From the NCBI RefSeq assembly GCF_036321535.1, contig NC_087436.1, forward strand, positions 73,906,001 to 73,970,000: DNA of 64,000 nt, in the 5' to 3' direction. The DNA comes from Camelus dromedarius. Lineage: Eukaryota. Positions 37,066 to 50,100 of the stretch are shown here, in pieces. A model generated the notes under the pieces. The model searched no databases. It had not been told where the DNA came from and saw only the letters and a list, made by a program, of their open reading frames with translations. A program made the position numbers and the translations under genes. Every line of letters begins with the position of its first letter. Position 1 is the first letter of the stretch.

Positions 37066-37300
37066 AAAATTGGAAGTTCAAAATTTGCAGCAACTGACTA
37101 CTATATATAAAAGAGATAAAGAAGTTTACATTGTATAGCACAGGGAACAACATACAATATCTGTAGTAACATATAATGAAAATGAATATAGTATGTATGT
37201 CTCATTTAAAAACACAGGTATGTATGATTGAAACATTATGCTGTACACCAGAAATTGACACAGCATTGTAAACTGACTCTACTTCAATTGAAAAAAAAAA
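37066..37300 (+). mobile_element. Short L1 3' end
   Basis: tgtatagcacagggaac...cattgtaaactgactctacttcaa + A tail; degenerate TSD actgtcgtttg/actgttgtttg. Confidence 0.85.
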
Positions 37301-37569
37301 CAAACACTGTTGTTTGCATTCTTTCCCCCATAATTTGGGAAATGCAATGGTCAAGAGTCACCTTGACCAGGGAATCAAAACAAATGAATTCTCTCTTGGG
37401 CTACGGTTTGGTCCTGAAATATTTTCAAATGTTTCAGTTCATAGATTCAGTTTGAATTCAGTGTGTTTACCAATGTCTTTTTTTTTTTTTCAAATGTGAA
37501 TTCAGTTGAAAATTCATTTAACAAAATGAATGCCCAAGACCTAGTAGTAAATTAGAGGAGTTCACTCTT

Positions 37570-38125
37570 TTTTCTTTTAATCTTTTATTGGAGGATAGTT
37601 GGTTTACAATGTTGTGTTAGTTTCTGGCATACAGCAAAGTGATTCAGTTTTACATATATATATTCTTTTTCATATTCTTTTGCATTATGGTTTATTATAG
37701 GATACTGAAATATAGTTCCCTGTGCTATACAGTAGGACCTTGTTGTTTATCTATTTGACCTATAGTAGTTTGTATCTGCTAATCCCAAACTCCTAATTTG
37801 TCCCTCCCCCCTCTCTGTCCCCTTTGGTAATCATAAGTTTGTTTTCTATGTCTGTGAGTCTCTTTCTGTTTTGCAGGTAAGTCCAATTGTATATTTTTTA
37901 GGTTCCACATGTAAGTAATATCATATGATATTTGTCTTTCTCTGTCTGACTTATATGATCATCTCTAAGTCCATCCATGTTGCTGCAAATGGCATTATTT
38001 CATTCTTTTTTATGGCTTAGTAGAATTGTGTTATATATACCACAACTTCTTTGTCCAGTCATCTGTTGATGGACATTTAGGTTGCTTCCATGTCTTGGCT
38101 ATTGTCAACAGTGCTGCTATGAACA
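37570..38125 (-). mobile_element. L1 3' end fragment
   Basis: gttccctgtgctatacagtaggaccttg...ggacatttaggttgcttccatgtcttggct. Confidence 0.88.
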
Positions 38126-38171
38126 CTCACTCCTGTTTTTGATATCCAGTTCAACCTGGTTCAGTGCCCCT

Positions 38172-38425
38172 AATGAGGTATTAGCAAAACTGGCAGGAAG
38201 TGCCTGGAGCTAGGGCTGGGACTAGGGTGAGGGAAGTGAGGCATTTGCCTTGGGTGTAAAATGTAAGAGATGCCTAAACACTGAGTAATTAAAATAAGTA
38301 ATATTTTAATGCAATTTTTAAGAAATCAAAATTAATGCAAAAAATTCATGATGAACAGAATATCAAAATTTTATACAAAAACATTTTGGTTTTTTTGTTC
38401 ATCGAACACCTCACACCAGCCCTGA
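38172..38425. mobile_element. MER96B-like hAT DNA transposon
   Basis: gggctgggactagggtgagg...taatattttaatgcaa...atcaaaattaatgcaaaaaattcatgatgaac...ccagccctg. Confidence 0.65.
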
Positions 38426-38689
38426 CCCTGCCTGGTCCATAGCAGATGGTCACTAAATTCCCATGTCTATTCCTTCTCTCCCTCTCCTGTTACCTGTTCT
38501 TCCTGTTCCATCTAGGGCTGTGCTGTCTCACCTGGCAGCCCTGTGTGTACAGAAACCTTGAACTGCGGCTAGTCAGAATTGAGATGTGTTGTGAGGGTAA
38601 AATACACACCAGATTTCAAAAACAGTATCAAAAAAAATAAATATCTTCTTATCTTTTTATATCAATTACACGTTGAAATGATACTATTT

Positions 38690-39170
38690 TATTTTATTTT
38701 TAATTGAAGTATAGTTGATGTACAATATATAAGTTACAGGGGTAAAATATAGCGATTCACAATTTTTAAAGGTCATACTCCATTTATAGTTATTATAAAA
38801 TGTTGGCTATATTCCCCATGTTGTACAATATGTCCTTGTAGCTTATTTTATATTTAATAGTTCATACCTCTTACCCCCCTACCCCTATATTGCCTCTCCC
38901 CACTTCCCTCTCCCCACTGGTAACCACTAGTTTGTTCTGTGTATCTATGAGCCTGCTACTTTCTTAGTTTGCTGTATTTTTTAAATTCCACATATAAGAG
39001 ATATCATATAGTATTTGCCTTTCTCTCTCTGACTTATTTCACTTAGAACAATGCCCTCCAAATCCATCTATGTTGCTGCAAATGGCAAAATGTCCTTTTT
39101 TATGGCTTAGTATTCCATTGTTTATACACACACACACACACACCATATATATCTTTTTTATCTATTTAAA
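38690..39170 (-). mobile_element. L1 3' end fragment inserted in a MER3/MER33-like DNA transposon (~38515-39320)
   Basis: ttgaagtatagttg...ccactggtaaccactagtttg; degenerate TSD atgatactatttt/atgctaccatttt. Confidence 0.8.
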
Positions 39171-42100
39171 TATGCTACCATTTTTAGATAGAATGAGTAA
39201 AATAAAAATATATTAATAAAACTAATTGCACCTTTTTAAAAAAAACTTTTTTAAATGTGGCTACTAGAAAAATCTGAAATGACATGTGATTCACATTATG
39301 TTTCCATTAGACAACACTAATCTAGAGTTTACAATTCTGACACAGGTACGAAGGCATCAGGTGATGGGACTACCCACCACCTCCTCTGAAGGCCAACCAC
39401 AGCCACAAGTGGCATTTCTCACCCCCGAACACCTGTGGAGCCTGCTGTCTGTACCACGTCTCTGGCACTCAGTTATAAACTGCTTAGTGACATTCTTTAG
39501 ACTATGAGGGAATTATCCTGAAGCCTCAGGGAGATTGCAAGCAAGCTTAAGAAATGTGCATGCCTCTTAAATCTTTTCTAGATTTTAAAATGAAAACACA
39601 CTAGCAAACAAACAAATGCATATCTATAGATGTATAAAAGCAGGTGGTTCTTCTCTAGTGCTAAGCACCAAGCTTATGCACAGGAATATAAATATCTGAC
39701 ACTTTACAGCTCTCCAAAGAGGTTAACTACACTAGGTCCTTTGATTTCATTTAATCCTCACAACAAGCCTGTGGCACAGACAGAGCGAGTATTTTCACCC
39801 CAGTCTTACAGATGGGGACACAGGCCAGTGGAAGAGTCAGAACTTAAGCCCAAGTCTCCTAACTCTTGCTTAGAACTCTCTCCTCTGTATCATATGGTCT
39901 TTCCTAATTTCAAAACAAGAAAGAAGAATTGTCTAATAGGCATTTAATAGATGTTAGTAGGATGAAACCAATGAATGCCTCTAACAAATGCTTAATCTAA
40001 TTATAAGAGAGAAAAAAATCCATGCCCTTCCAGTTCACGAGGAACATGGACAAAATCTGACAAAGTGTGTCGTGTCAAAACCCTTGTGCGGTTTGCAGTT
40101 TGGGACGTTTGCAGTGGCCATTTGGTTGTTGGACACTCTCCCCTTTCTGCTGGTCAGGAGCCTCACTTCCTTTCCTCTCCTGCACCGGGCAGTGGTGTGG
40201 GACGCAGTTCCTTTCCCTCAGACCCTGAATTCTGAGCACAGAACCTCAAGATGGAAAACACAGTAGACAGAAGCTTCCTTCCAGGACACACAGACGAGGA
40301 GCCGTGGGCTCCTGCGACTTGCATCCATAAAGCTGCCCCAGCCCCGGCCCCTTTCTTCCAAGCACTCTTTGGCATCTGTAACCCACTTTATAGCCTTCTA
40401 ATACACACTCTTTTTACTTAAATCAGCCAGAGGTAGTTTCTCTTGCTTGCAACCAAAAATCCCTCATAGAGAAATCATAACCCATGAGAAAACAGAGATC
40501 CAGCTAAAGGAAACAGCCCAGGACTAACTAGGAAGGCTCACAACTAGGTTTAGAATCTTGGTCACCTGACTTCATGTCCTAGGTTTTTCTTGAGTCTACA
40601 CCTACGGGAATGTAAAGGGCTTTGTTAGAAGCTGAAGGAGAGGAAGAAATTTTTAAGGCAAATCCCTGCCTCAGCCAAGCCTGGTGCCTGCAGAGAGGGG
40701 TGTCCCGCCCCCGACTCTAGTTCCAGAGCCTCCCAGCAGTGACCAGGACAGACTTTTCCAGGTCGAGCTGTGTATAATCAGGACCGAGGACCTTGGCCCA
40801 GCTGACCACCAAGGAACTAGAAGAAGCGCCCCCAGCATGAACACCAGTTTGCACTCAGAGAAAGTCAGGCCAGGCAGCCAAGAGGTAAGGTTCAACATAG
40901 GTCCAGAAACCAGGGATCAATGCAGCCAAGAGTTCTAGCTCATGACAAAAATCAATGACCTTACCAATGCTTTTTCTTTTTTTTAAGTGAGCCTTAGGTC
41001 ATACACCTAGAAACCTGTATAATTCCAAATCTAGAGCCATTTATGTCTATGCATGTTTACTGACTCTGAAGATGACTTTTTAAATATTTTCTTTATCGCT
41101 TACCCTGTAAGAACCTGATGCTTTAAAGGGAAATTGAGCATGGAGGCTCCAGTTGCTTTCAGCCTTGTATGTTGCCTTGGTTTCAAAATAAACTTCAACA
41201 GGTCAAAGCCAAGTGTTCCCAAACCACAAAAATATTTAATTCCCTTGACAGACACGAAGGGTCCACGGCAGGTCACTTGCAGCTTAACCACGTGACTTCC
41301 CCCAAGCCACCAGCCGCCCTCAGGCATGACCGACACACAGCATTTGCTGAGCAATCTAATTGAAGGAGATCAGTGTCACCGGACTGTTAGGAGTGGCTCC
41401 AGCTCTGCAGAGGCCAGGAAAACCAAAAGGAAGGATGGCGAGGGACCTCTGTCTCAAAGCAAAATGTGACAGTCAGAGGAAGCCCCAAATGCTTCCCCTT
41501 CCAAGCACTCCTGTCCCTCTGGCAATGACCCTAGGGAGGCTACAGCAAAAGGAGAAGACGTTTTAGTAATAAAACCAACAAGTCTAGTTACACATATCTC
41601 CCCGACCGCTAATCAACAGTAGTCAACTAGAAGCGGGGCGCTTTCCTGGTGAACAGCAGACTGAGAGCAAGAAGTGATGGATTACTGCTCTGTGGTATTG
41701 GAGAAGACGAAGGAAGCTTCGAGAAATAGAAACCGAATGCAAAAACAAAAAGGCAAAGCAAAATTGTAGGCCTTGACAATTAATTAAGGAACCATACTTG
41801 AAGGTGCCTGGTATTGTCCCTGGTACTTAGTAGATGCTAATAAGTCCTCCTGATGTCAAAGGGCCCAGGTCATCAGAGGCTCAGGCTACTGTTTACTATT
41901 TGTTAATCACAATGATGGCCATAGTCACTAAGAAAAGGTTGAGTTATACCCCATGAACTATTTAATCTGGCAGGGAAATACATATTGATTTTAGAGATAT
42001 TTCATTTTAGACCTTTTTTTTTTAAAGAATTCTTACTTTTTAAAACAAAAAAGAATTTTTAAACTTCTGAACATTTAGAAAAAAAAAAATCTCACCATCA

Positions 42101-42695
42101 CAGAAGGCAAACAATACACCCAAGATAAGGAAACCAAAAGAAATCATTTTAATCAGCTGGAAAACTAACATCTCTGCAATATCGAATTCCTCAGAGGTGC
42201 TGGATAAATTTGATACATTCAATACCACCATATAATCCTATCTTCCAAGTCATCTCTGTTCTCTTTTCACCCAGCACTCTCTGTTGAGGATTCCTGTAAG
42301 AACTGATGGAGCACAGTGGGTAGAGTGTGGGTTGAGATCTGACAGCCAGGCTTTGCATTCAACCCTGGCTTCATCATTAGTAGCTTCTGTGCCCCAGTTT
42401 CCTCATCTGTAAAACAGAGATAATAGTGTTCCCTTCCTTGTAGGGTTGCTGTAAGAATTAAACCCACATAAGCTTGTCATCCAGTTAGAAAATTACCTGG
42501 CACATACTAAGTGCTTTAGGAAACAGCAGCTGCTAATATCATGCGGAAGGGGGCTTGTGCTAAGTTCTCCATATGGCGAGGTGCTAAGACCTGGTCCCTG
42601 TCCTCAAAGAATACATGGCAGAGCACAGCAAGCTGCCATTTAAATGGCAGCCTCACACACAGAAAGAGCTCTGAATCTGGCTCCACATTGCTAAG

Positions 42696-43219
42696 TGTCA
42701 ACTGAAAAAAATAAACAATCTAAAAGTTGAGAATATGTTTTATTCTGTGGATATTTCTGAGGACTTAAGCCCGAGAGACCGCCTCTCAGATAGCTCTAAA
42801 GGAATGCTCTGAAGAGGTGAGGGAGGAGCCAGAATACACAGGAGTTTTGACAACAAAGATCAGGTAGTCACAACATCAAAAGATTACTGTTAATTAAAGA
42901 AAATCAGGTATCTCAAGTTAAGGAATCTAGCATTTTTCTATGTATGGGAAAGTACAAGGCTCTGGGCTCACTGAAATCATTCCTTTCATATGCACCTAGC
43001 TATCTAGGGCCAGTATCCTGTTCTTTCCCATCCTGAGTTTCCTCGGTGCACTGCTGGGGGTGGTAGCAGAGGACAGGCTGCCTGCTTGTCTCCATCCTGA
43101 GTTCCCTCCAGCTCACTGTTGGGGGTGGGGTGGCGGTGGGGGCAGTGGTAGCAGCTGATGACTTGATAGCCACAGCATCCTTTGTTTACTGAAATGGCAT
43201 GCAGTATTTTTCATTCACA
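42696..43219 (-). mobile_element. Solo LTR of the same family as the 47-52 kb provirus, opposite orientation
   Basis: Reverse complement shares motifs with those LTRs (ccatacatagaaaa, gatactggccctagatagctagg, ctggctcctccct); TG/CA ends; internal duplication ccatcctgagtt...ctgNtgggggtgg at ~43028 and ~43092. Confidence 0.8.
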
Positions 43220-44784
43220 TAGTGGGAGGGAAGGCAGCTAGAGTGGGCATCACTGGGCAGGAGCACACTTGGTTCTGGAAGGAGTAAGCTTCCCAGGGGT
43301 GGGAGAGTGGAGGGGCTTCCAGGCAGGCAGAGAGAGAGCCAGGCAGGCAGCAGCACACAACAGCACAGGATGTGTTTCCTAAGTAGAGAGTGAGAAAACT
43401 GTTTGGACAGAAGATGGCTCATGGCAGAGGTGGTTTAGAAAGAGCAGCCTGCAGCTCAGGGCAAGACTGTGCTGAACAGACAAGCCAATGGAGAAGTGAA
43501 GTCACAGGGTGCATGAGACAAGAGGACCAGGAAGAGAGGGCAGAGCGAGGGAAGAGGGCCAAAGGCGGGGGTCTGAGCACACCTGCCTTTAACTTTCCAT
43601 CACCACTGCCTTGTCAACTAGGTGAAAGACGGAAAACTGACAGCCCAAAGGAGGACTCTGAGAAAAAGCACAGGGGAAGCATGGCCCACGTTTGTTGGGG
43701 GTGTGCAAGAAACAACTTCACTCCTGAAGCTGGAAATGGTCCCCTGTCCTCAAAGCAGGACCCTGACCCCACTGGCCCTCACAGGCGAGTCACCCAGGAT
43801 CACCATGTGCATTTAAAACCCACCGGGTCACCACTTTCTTGCACAGGGCAAGAAGGTGATCTTTTTCTATTTTTTTTTTTTACTTCTGATTTTTTTAAAA
43901 ACTAATATTATCTAAAGCTGTTTTTATTTTGAGAAAAAAGGTCATGTCAGAAAGACTGATTCAGGTTCAGGGAAAAAGATAAGCATTCTCTTACAATAAT
44001 GGTAAAAATAACTACTGCATTTAAAATTTTTCTATCTTCTTTTTGGTTAAAAAAAAAAAATGATACCACTTGGCTCAGAGTTGAGTAAAGGCCCAAAGGG
44101 ATAATGGGACAGGATTTTAAAGTTTAAACAAAGTTCCTACCTTGGCTAAATTGCAAGGAGACAATCAGATCTATAAAAAATTAAACGTAAAAACAAATTG
44201 AACTACAAGAAAATAGACTTGGATATCAAACCTTTGAAGGAAGTAGGACTTTTTAAGCTCAGAAATGATAGAAAAATTCATAAAAGAATGGATTTGATTA
44301 TATATAAATTTTAAAAATTAAAAAGACAAACAATAGAGAAACAGGTGCCACAACTGTGGCAAAGGGTTAACCTCATTAATATATAAAAAAGTTTACCAAG
44401 TGGCATGAACACACCAGAACCCAGATGGGCAAATTGGCAAAGGATAAAAGCTAAGAATGTGGAAACACAATCTGTCAGCAAACATGAGGAGAACACTCAG
44501 TCCACATGGTGATCAAAGGAAGGAACAAGAACTGACCTGCACGTCCAGGAAGGGGGTGGTTAAGGAAAGTGTAGTAATGTAGTCCCTCTATCTATTGAAT
44601 ATTATCGTCACAAACATGTATTTGTAGAAAGACCAGACATACACGGGAAAATACCTATGATGTAACACTAAGTGACTAGAATACACATGTATGTACATGC
44701 ACCAGTATATCCAGGATAACCATGTAAAAGTAAAACTCACCCACGGAAAGGTGGCTGCGAAGATACCCACTAAAATATTAGTGC

Positions 44785-44905
44785 CACAGAGAAAAAAATG
44801 TGACAATGAACATATGTATGTTCATGTATAACAAAAATTGTGCTCTACACTGGGATTTGACACAACATTGTAAAATGATTATAAATCAATAAAAAATGTT
44901 AAAAA
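44785..44905 (+). mobile_element. Very short young L1 3' tail nested in an older L1 relic (~44100-45030)
   Basis: cacagagaaaaaaatgtgacaatg...aataaaaaatgttaaaa, near-identical to 63470-63590; degenerate TSD attagtgc/attagcgc. Confidence 0.8.
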
Positions 44906-46844
44906 AAAATTAGCGCTGGTTGCCTTTGAGACAGTGAAACCATGGAAAGTAGCAGTACTTCTTCTTAGTTTACTGCACTTTCAACTTGACCTTTGCTGCT
45001 TACATATATTATTTTATAATATAAAATAAAGTTTACACTTTTAAAGGTAATGCTATATATGATACTGTAAATCCTGATTATTTTATAATCCAGTATTAAT
45101 AATGGTCAGTGAATAATAAAGAAAACACTTATGAGGTATTTATCCCTCACATCTTTTTCCTTACCATCAAAGCAGTAAAATGACCCTATATTAACAGTCC
45201 AAACAGCAAAGCTAAGAAACTCAAAGAGGAGATATTTAATGGGATGTTGTAAATTTAACAAATGTGTCTTAGTAACATGAAAGTCAGCTGACAGAGCCCT
45301 TGGACAAATTAATTTTTAAAAAATTCTTGACACGTTAAATAGTAGGCAAAACAGAAAAAGAAACCTGATGAAATGAAAAATCTCAAAAAGGCTGCAGAAG
45401 CCACTGGATACACAATTTTAGGCAAATACGTCACTAGGCAACAGGTTCATGAGGCAAATTAGCTTTGTGTCAACAGACCTGTTCCAGGACTGCTCAATCC
45501 ACAGCTTTATAGGAATGTAACTGATGCGCTGCATTCCTTAAACCAGACGGACTGGTTTTTACCTACATGTGGAACTGCCATCATCTTTTCCCAAAAACAT
45601 TAACATTCTGAACTTACCAATATGTGACAGTTTTGTGTGTCAAATCAATCAGACCCTGTACAGCCCAGCGTGGCCTCCCCCAGCTCAGACGCTCCCAGTC
45701 TCAGACCCGTCCACATGGACCAGTGAGGGGCCGCGTGTCCTCCCCTTCTCTGCACACAATCAACAGTGTCAGTGGACTCAGTTGGGAGGGAACTCACAGG
45801 ACTATCGAATGCTGGGGCAGAGCTACTGGAGTGTTCTGTCTTTCCTGTGTAGCTAAACAACAGCATAATCAAGTCACAAGTGACAAAGATCAAACGACTA
45901 CGAAAGGCGCACTAGAGGGGCTGTAGGTCTCCCTAAACAGCCAAGTTTTTCTACAAATCCCAGCTCACAATCCACTCAACCCTGTTAGGAACACTCTACA
46001 GTTTGCACTGCACATGTGAGTGTCCCTACCTAAACAAAGTCATTCATTCTCAGGACCCTATTCCCCTTTCTTGACCCTCTCCTTGGCTCCTGGGTTTCCC
46101 TGATTGAGTCCTGGGGTTCCAGGTGAGCTACTTGTGTCCTGTGGATTTAAACAGCTTCTCCTTTTGTGTCCTGTGCAGGTAAACCATGGCTAAGGATGTC
46201 TCATTCACTTATTCTATAAATATTCACTGGACACTGGATATTCAGAGATGAAAGGATTTGGTTCTTTCATTTCACTTTGTCCCATACTGGAGAGAGTATG
46301 TTCAAAGTCAGGGAAAATCTCAGGAAGAGCCGAGAGAGGTGGTGAGAAGTTCATTCTTTTTTTTTTTTTTTCCAATCAAATATTCTTTATCATTTTTCTA
46401 CAGTTGTTCGAAGAAAGCAAGAAACTGATTTTCTGTTAATCATGATTATATGTCCCCTTATGAACTCATACTTCAGTTATCCTCAACTCTTTCCTTCAAG
46501 TTTCCAAAAACAAAACTGCACTCCTATAACACAGTGAGTCTTGTACAATTTACTATGGAAATTTCTAGGGCTGCACATTCCACTGGAAATAATCCCTAAG
46601 AAGGGCAGGTTGCTTCTCCCAAATGTCTCTCCAGGCCACCAACTGCTGGGTCTCCTCTCAGTTTCTTCCTCGGGCACTCTATTATCCTAATTTTACAGGT
46701 AGCAAAACAAAGAATCATAATAAAGTGGCAGAACTGAAGTGGCAGTAGATTAGGACCTGAGGAGTTCATTCTTGGCTGAGGAACAGCACGCATACTGACA
46801 GGGTAGGGTGTTTGGGGCCATGCAAATAATTGGAGTTCGGTTAG

Positions 46845-47139
46845 AACTGTGCTGTCCAATATAGTAGCCACTAGGCACATGTGGCTATTACACACTTGAA
46901 AAATGGTTAGTCTGAAATTCAGCGTGCTATAAATGTGAAATACACATGGATTTCAAAGACTTCATAAGAAAAAGACTGTAGAGTGTCTCATTAATAATTC
47001 TGAATATTGATTACATGTTGAAATTATACTATTTTAAATTGTATTGGGGTAAATAAAATATTAAAACTAATTTCTCCTGTTTCTTTTTGCTCTTTTTTAA
47101 TGTGACTCCTAGAAAACTCTAAATTGCACATGTGGCTTA
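46845..47139. mobile_element. MER3/MER33-like DNA transposon, left part (continues at 52780-52815 after the provirus)
   Basis: gctgtccaatatagtagccactaggcacatgtggctatt ... acatgtggctta | ttcatattaaatttctattgga. Confidence 0.75.
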
Positions 47140-50100
47140 TGTAAAGAAAAAAAATATTGCCTGCAATTCCAGTTCTACAAGGATCAAGCCATAAGCCCCT
47201 GACAGTGCGCTTGAGGGGAAATTCATGGAGAAAAACGGGTAGCATTCTGTGCTCAGGATACCAGCCCCTAGATAGCTAAGGCTCAAATCTAAGGAAATAT
47301 TTCAGTGACCTCAGATTCTTGCATCTTCCCATACATAGAAAAGCACTAATATCATCAACTTGAAATGTCTGTCCTTTGTGATTAGCAGTAGTCTTACGGT
47401 GTTCAACTAGGTGTTTTTTTTTTCCCAAGCAAAAAAAGTTCATATATATCCTGGCTCCTCTCTTAACTCTCTGGGACAGTGTCTCAGATACTGTCTCAGA
47501 TAGCTCTGAGACACTGTCTCCTGGCTATAGTCCTCAGTAAGACACTGAATAAACTCAACTCACAGCTCTTTATGTTGTGCCTTTTTTTTTTTTTAAGTCA
47601 GCAGTTCTGGCAACCACAAAAGGACCCAGAGCAGACGTTTCTCCTTTGCCTGAATTCTACAAGGATCCAGAGCCTTGGCACGAGCAGGGCCCCTTGTGTC
47701 AGTCTGCCTCCTCAGTGAGTGCAGACAAATTTAAGTGAGTCTCTCCTGGTACTGGATCTCCCACTCTTGGCTGAAGATTCTGTTTATTCAGAGGTTGTTA
47801 AACTCCTTGCTATGTGCTGTAGGTTATCCTCAAGCTTAGGTTCAAGAGGAGGTGCCTATATTTGTTCAGTTGAAAGACACTGAGGTTACTCCCAGTTGAG
47901 AAACACTGGGATGATTTTGCTAAGCTGAAAGGTACTAAGGCGACTTGGATTGTGTGACTAGGTAGGAGACTAACCAGATGTCTTTTCTTAGTTGGGCTAC
48001 CTTAACAGACTCTGTGGGGATAGAAGTGGAGATATCACATGAGAGCTCTGCTCTGAGGAAGAGGGACAAGGCTACTCCCAGGTGTTTACGGCTTTCTCAG
48101 GCAACTGAAAATTTTATGGGAGTGTTGGAAGCAGAGTCCTCATACCTCACTATGGTCCCATAGGGAAATTCACTCATTAATTAAAACCTTGCTCGTTTGG
48201 GGACCATGTATGACAATCGGCCACTCGTTGATCACAACACCCATGGTGGTTTTAGACTGCCAGAGGGAGATACCAAGACACGTGAAAGAGTGGAAATGAC
48301 TCTAGGGAAATGACCTAGAGGAGCTAAGCTCACAGGCAGCACATTGGCCTATCACACCATTTCATTAGTAAATGTTATCCCTGACAAATTCAACTTTAAA
48401 ATGGGAAAGAGTTTCTCAGAGAAAAGAGGGACATCAGAAAAGCCAATCACCAACTAACAACTAAAATCCAGCCAGGTTTAGGTATGTACAGAATTTATAC
48501 TTGCAAGTAATTACCTAATTGAAATCTTGCCCTAAAAACAGCCAGGATGGGGCTCTTTCTGACATTCCAAAACTAGTTTTTGCATACCGAGTTAGCAAAA
48601 GCCAGCTTGATAAAACATCTTTACATCTTACAAAAACAAAAGCCTTCCTAGGAGGAACTTGTATTTCTTTCCCTATGCCTTTAAGATGTAAATGTTCTAT
48701 GTGATCTTCTTAGGCATTTTGTCCTGTGTTTTGAGAGCGCAGTCTCTGTCATGAGTAAGGTACACATACAGTGTAGATGCGATAGCCAGTCAAGTAGACT
48801 GGGATTATGAACAGTCTTTTTGTATGACTGTGCCAGCTCTCAGGAAAATTTGCATAAGGGGTGCTAGCCCATAAGGGGCCTTTTTCTTCTTAATCTTCAT
48901 TTCATCCACCCATACAACAAAGGCCTTTACTATCTTAGATTATTTTTGGGAGTAAACTTTCTGGATCTTGTGAAGGCTGCATCCTTTGCACTCTCCTGTT
49001 GGGGGTGCCTGTGGCATCTTCCTGGTTATCACTATTAAGACACTATTCATCAATACCAGATGATGGATCCTTTAAATGGCAGAAACTTCCTAATTGGTAA
49101 ATTTTTAGAGTGCTCTCATTATAAATAGCTGCTTTACTGATACCTACCTACAAAAAGACCAAATTAAAAGGTAGATACAAAAAATGTAACAGCTAGCCTT
49201 AAGAACTTCCTTAGTTTAAAACAAAACAAAATGGTTTGGGAAAACTTATTTGTGGTCTTGGCTTTCCTTCAATGGGTCTTAGGATGCTAATAAAAACATT
49301 ACGTTAATTAATGTTAATTAGGTTGATTAAAAAGGGAATAGAAAGAAGATGAGGCAAAACTCAACTGACTTCTTCCCAATAAGGTGGAAATTTTAAAGGG
49401 ACTCATCCCAACAGGATGGAAATCTTTAGATGGTGATTAAAACTGGGATAAATAAAATGGACACTGATGAGATTAACACAAAGGCTTTGATACAACACTA
49501 CCTGAAGTTGAATGGGCCAAAGACCTATTGGCCCATGGGACCAACTGGGAATAGGACCCCATTGGTACCCCTAACAGTAAAGGGCCCCCCAAAAGTCTGC
49601 TTTATTTACTCCAGCTAAAAAAAAAAATTTTTTAAGGCTAGAAGAAAATTACACTGAGATACTTGACCAGAAATAGCTTGGGGCAACAGTTAAGCCAACT
49701 AATCAAGTTAAAGATTCACAAAAGGGCCTGGGTCTCTTGGCTAAAGTTAAAAGTACAAGAGTTGGTAGAACTGAGATAAAAATTTATTTTTAAAAATTAG
49801 TGTATTTGAAGAGGATTTATGTAAGATGGTTACATCTCTTTTGCCTGATTATACTGTGGGATAGACATTATGTCTCACTGGTGAATGTTTTCCCTTCCTG
49901 GTATAACCTATTAACAGGGCATACAAATCTGCCCCAAGAATACAATACTAAACATTCTAGAGGAAACCAACAGAGTTACCTGAGCCCACAAAATATGAAG
50001 TAAAAACTGGGGGCTAACATTCAGGGGTTAATAAAGTAAAAGTTGAGATTCTTTTTTGCCCCTAGGGTAAAGTGTTCAGGGTTTGACTTGTGCAGAAAGA

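Noticed and set aside
43390..43905. 171-aa plus-strand ORF
   Set aside because: Purine-rich intronic sequence, non-ATG start, no domain similarity
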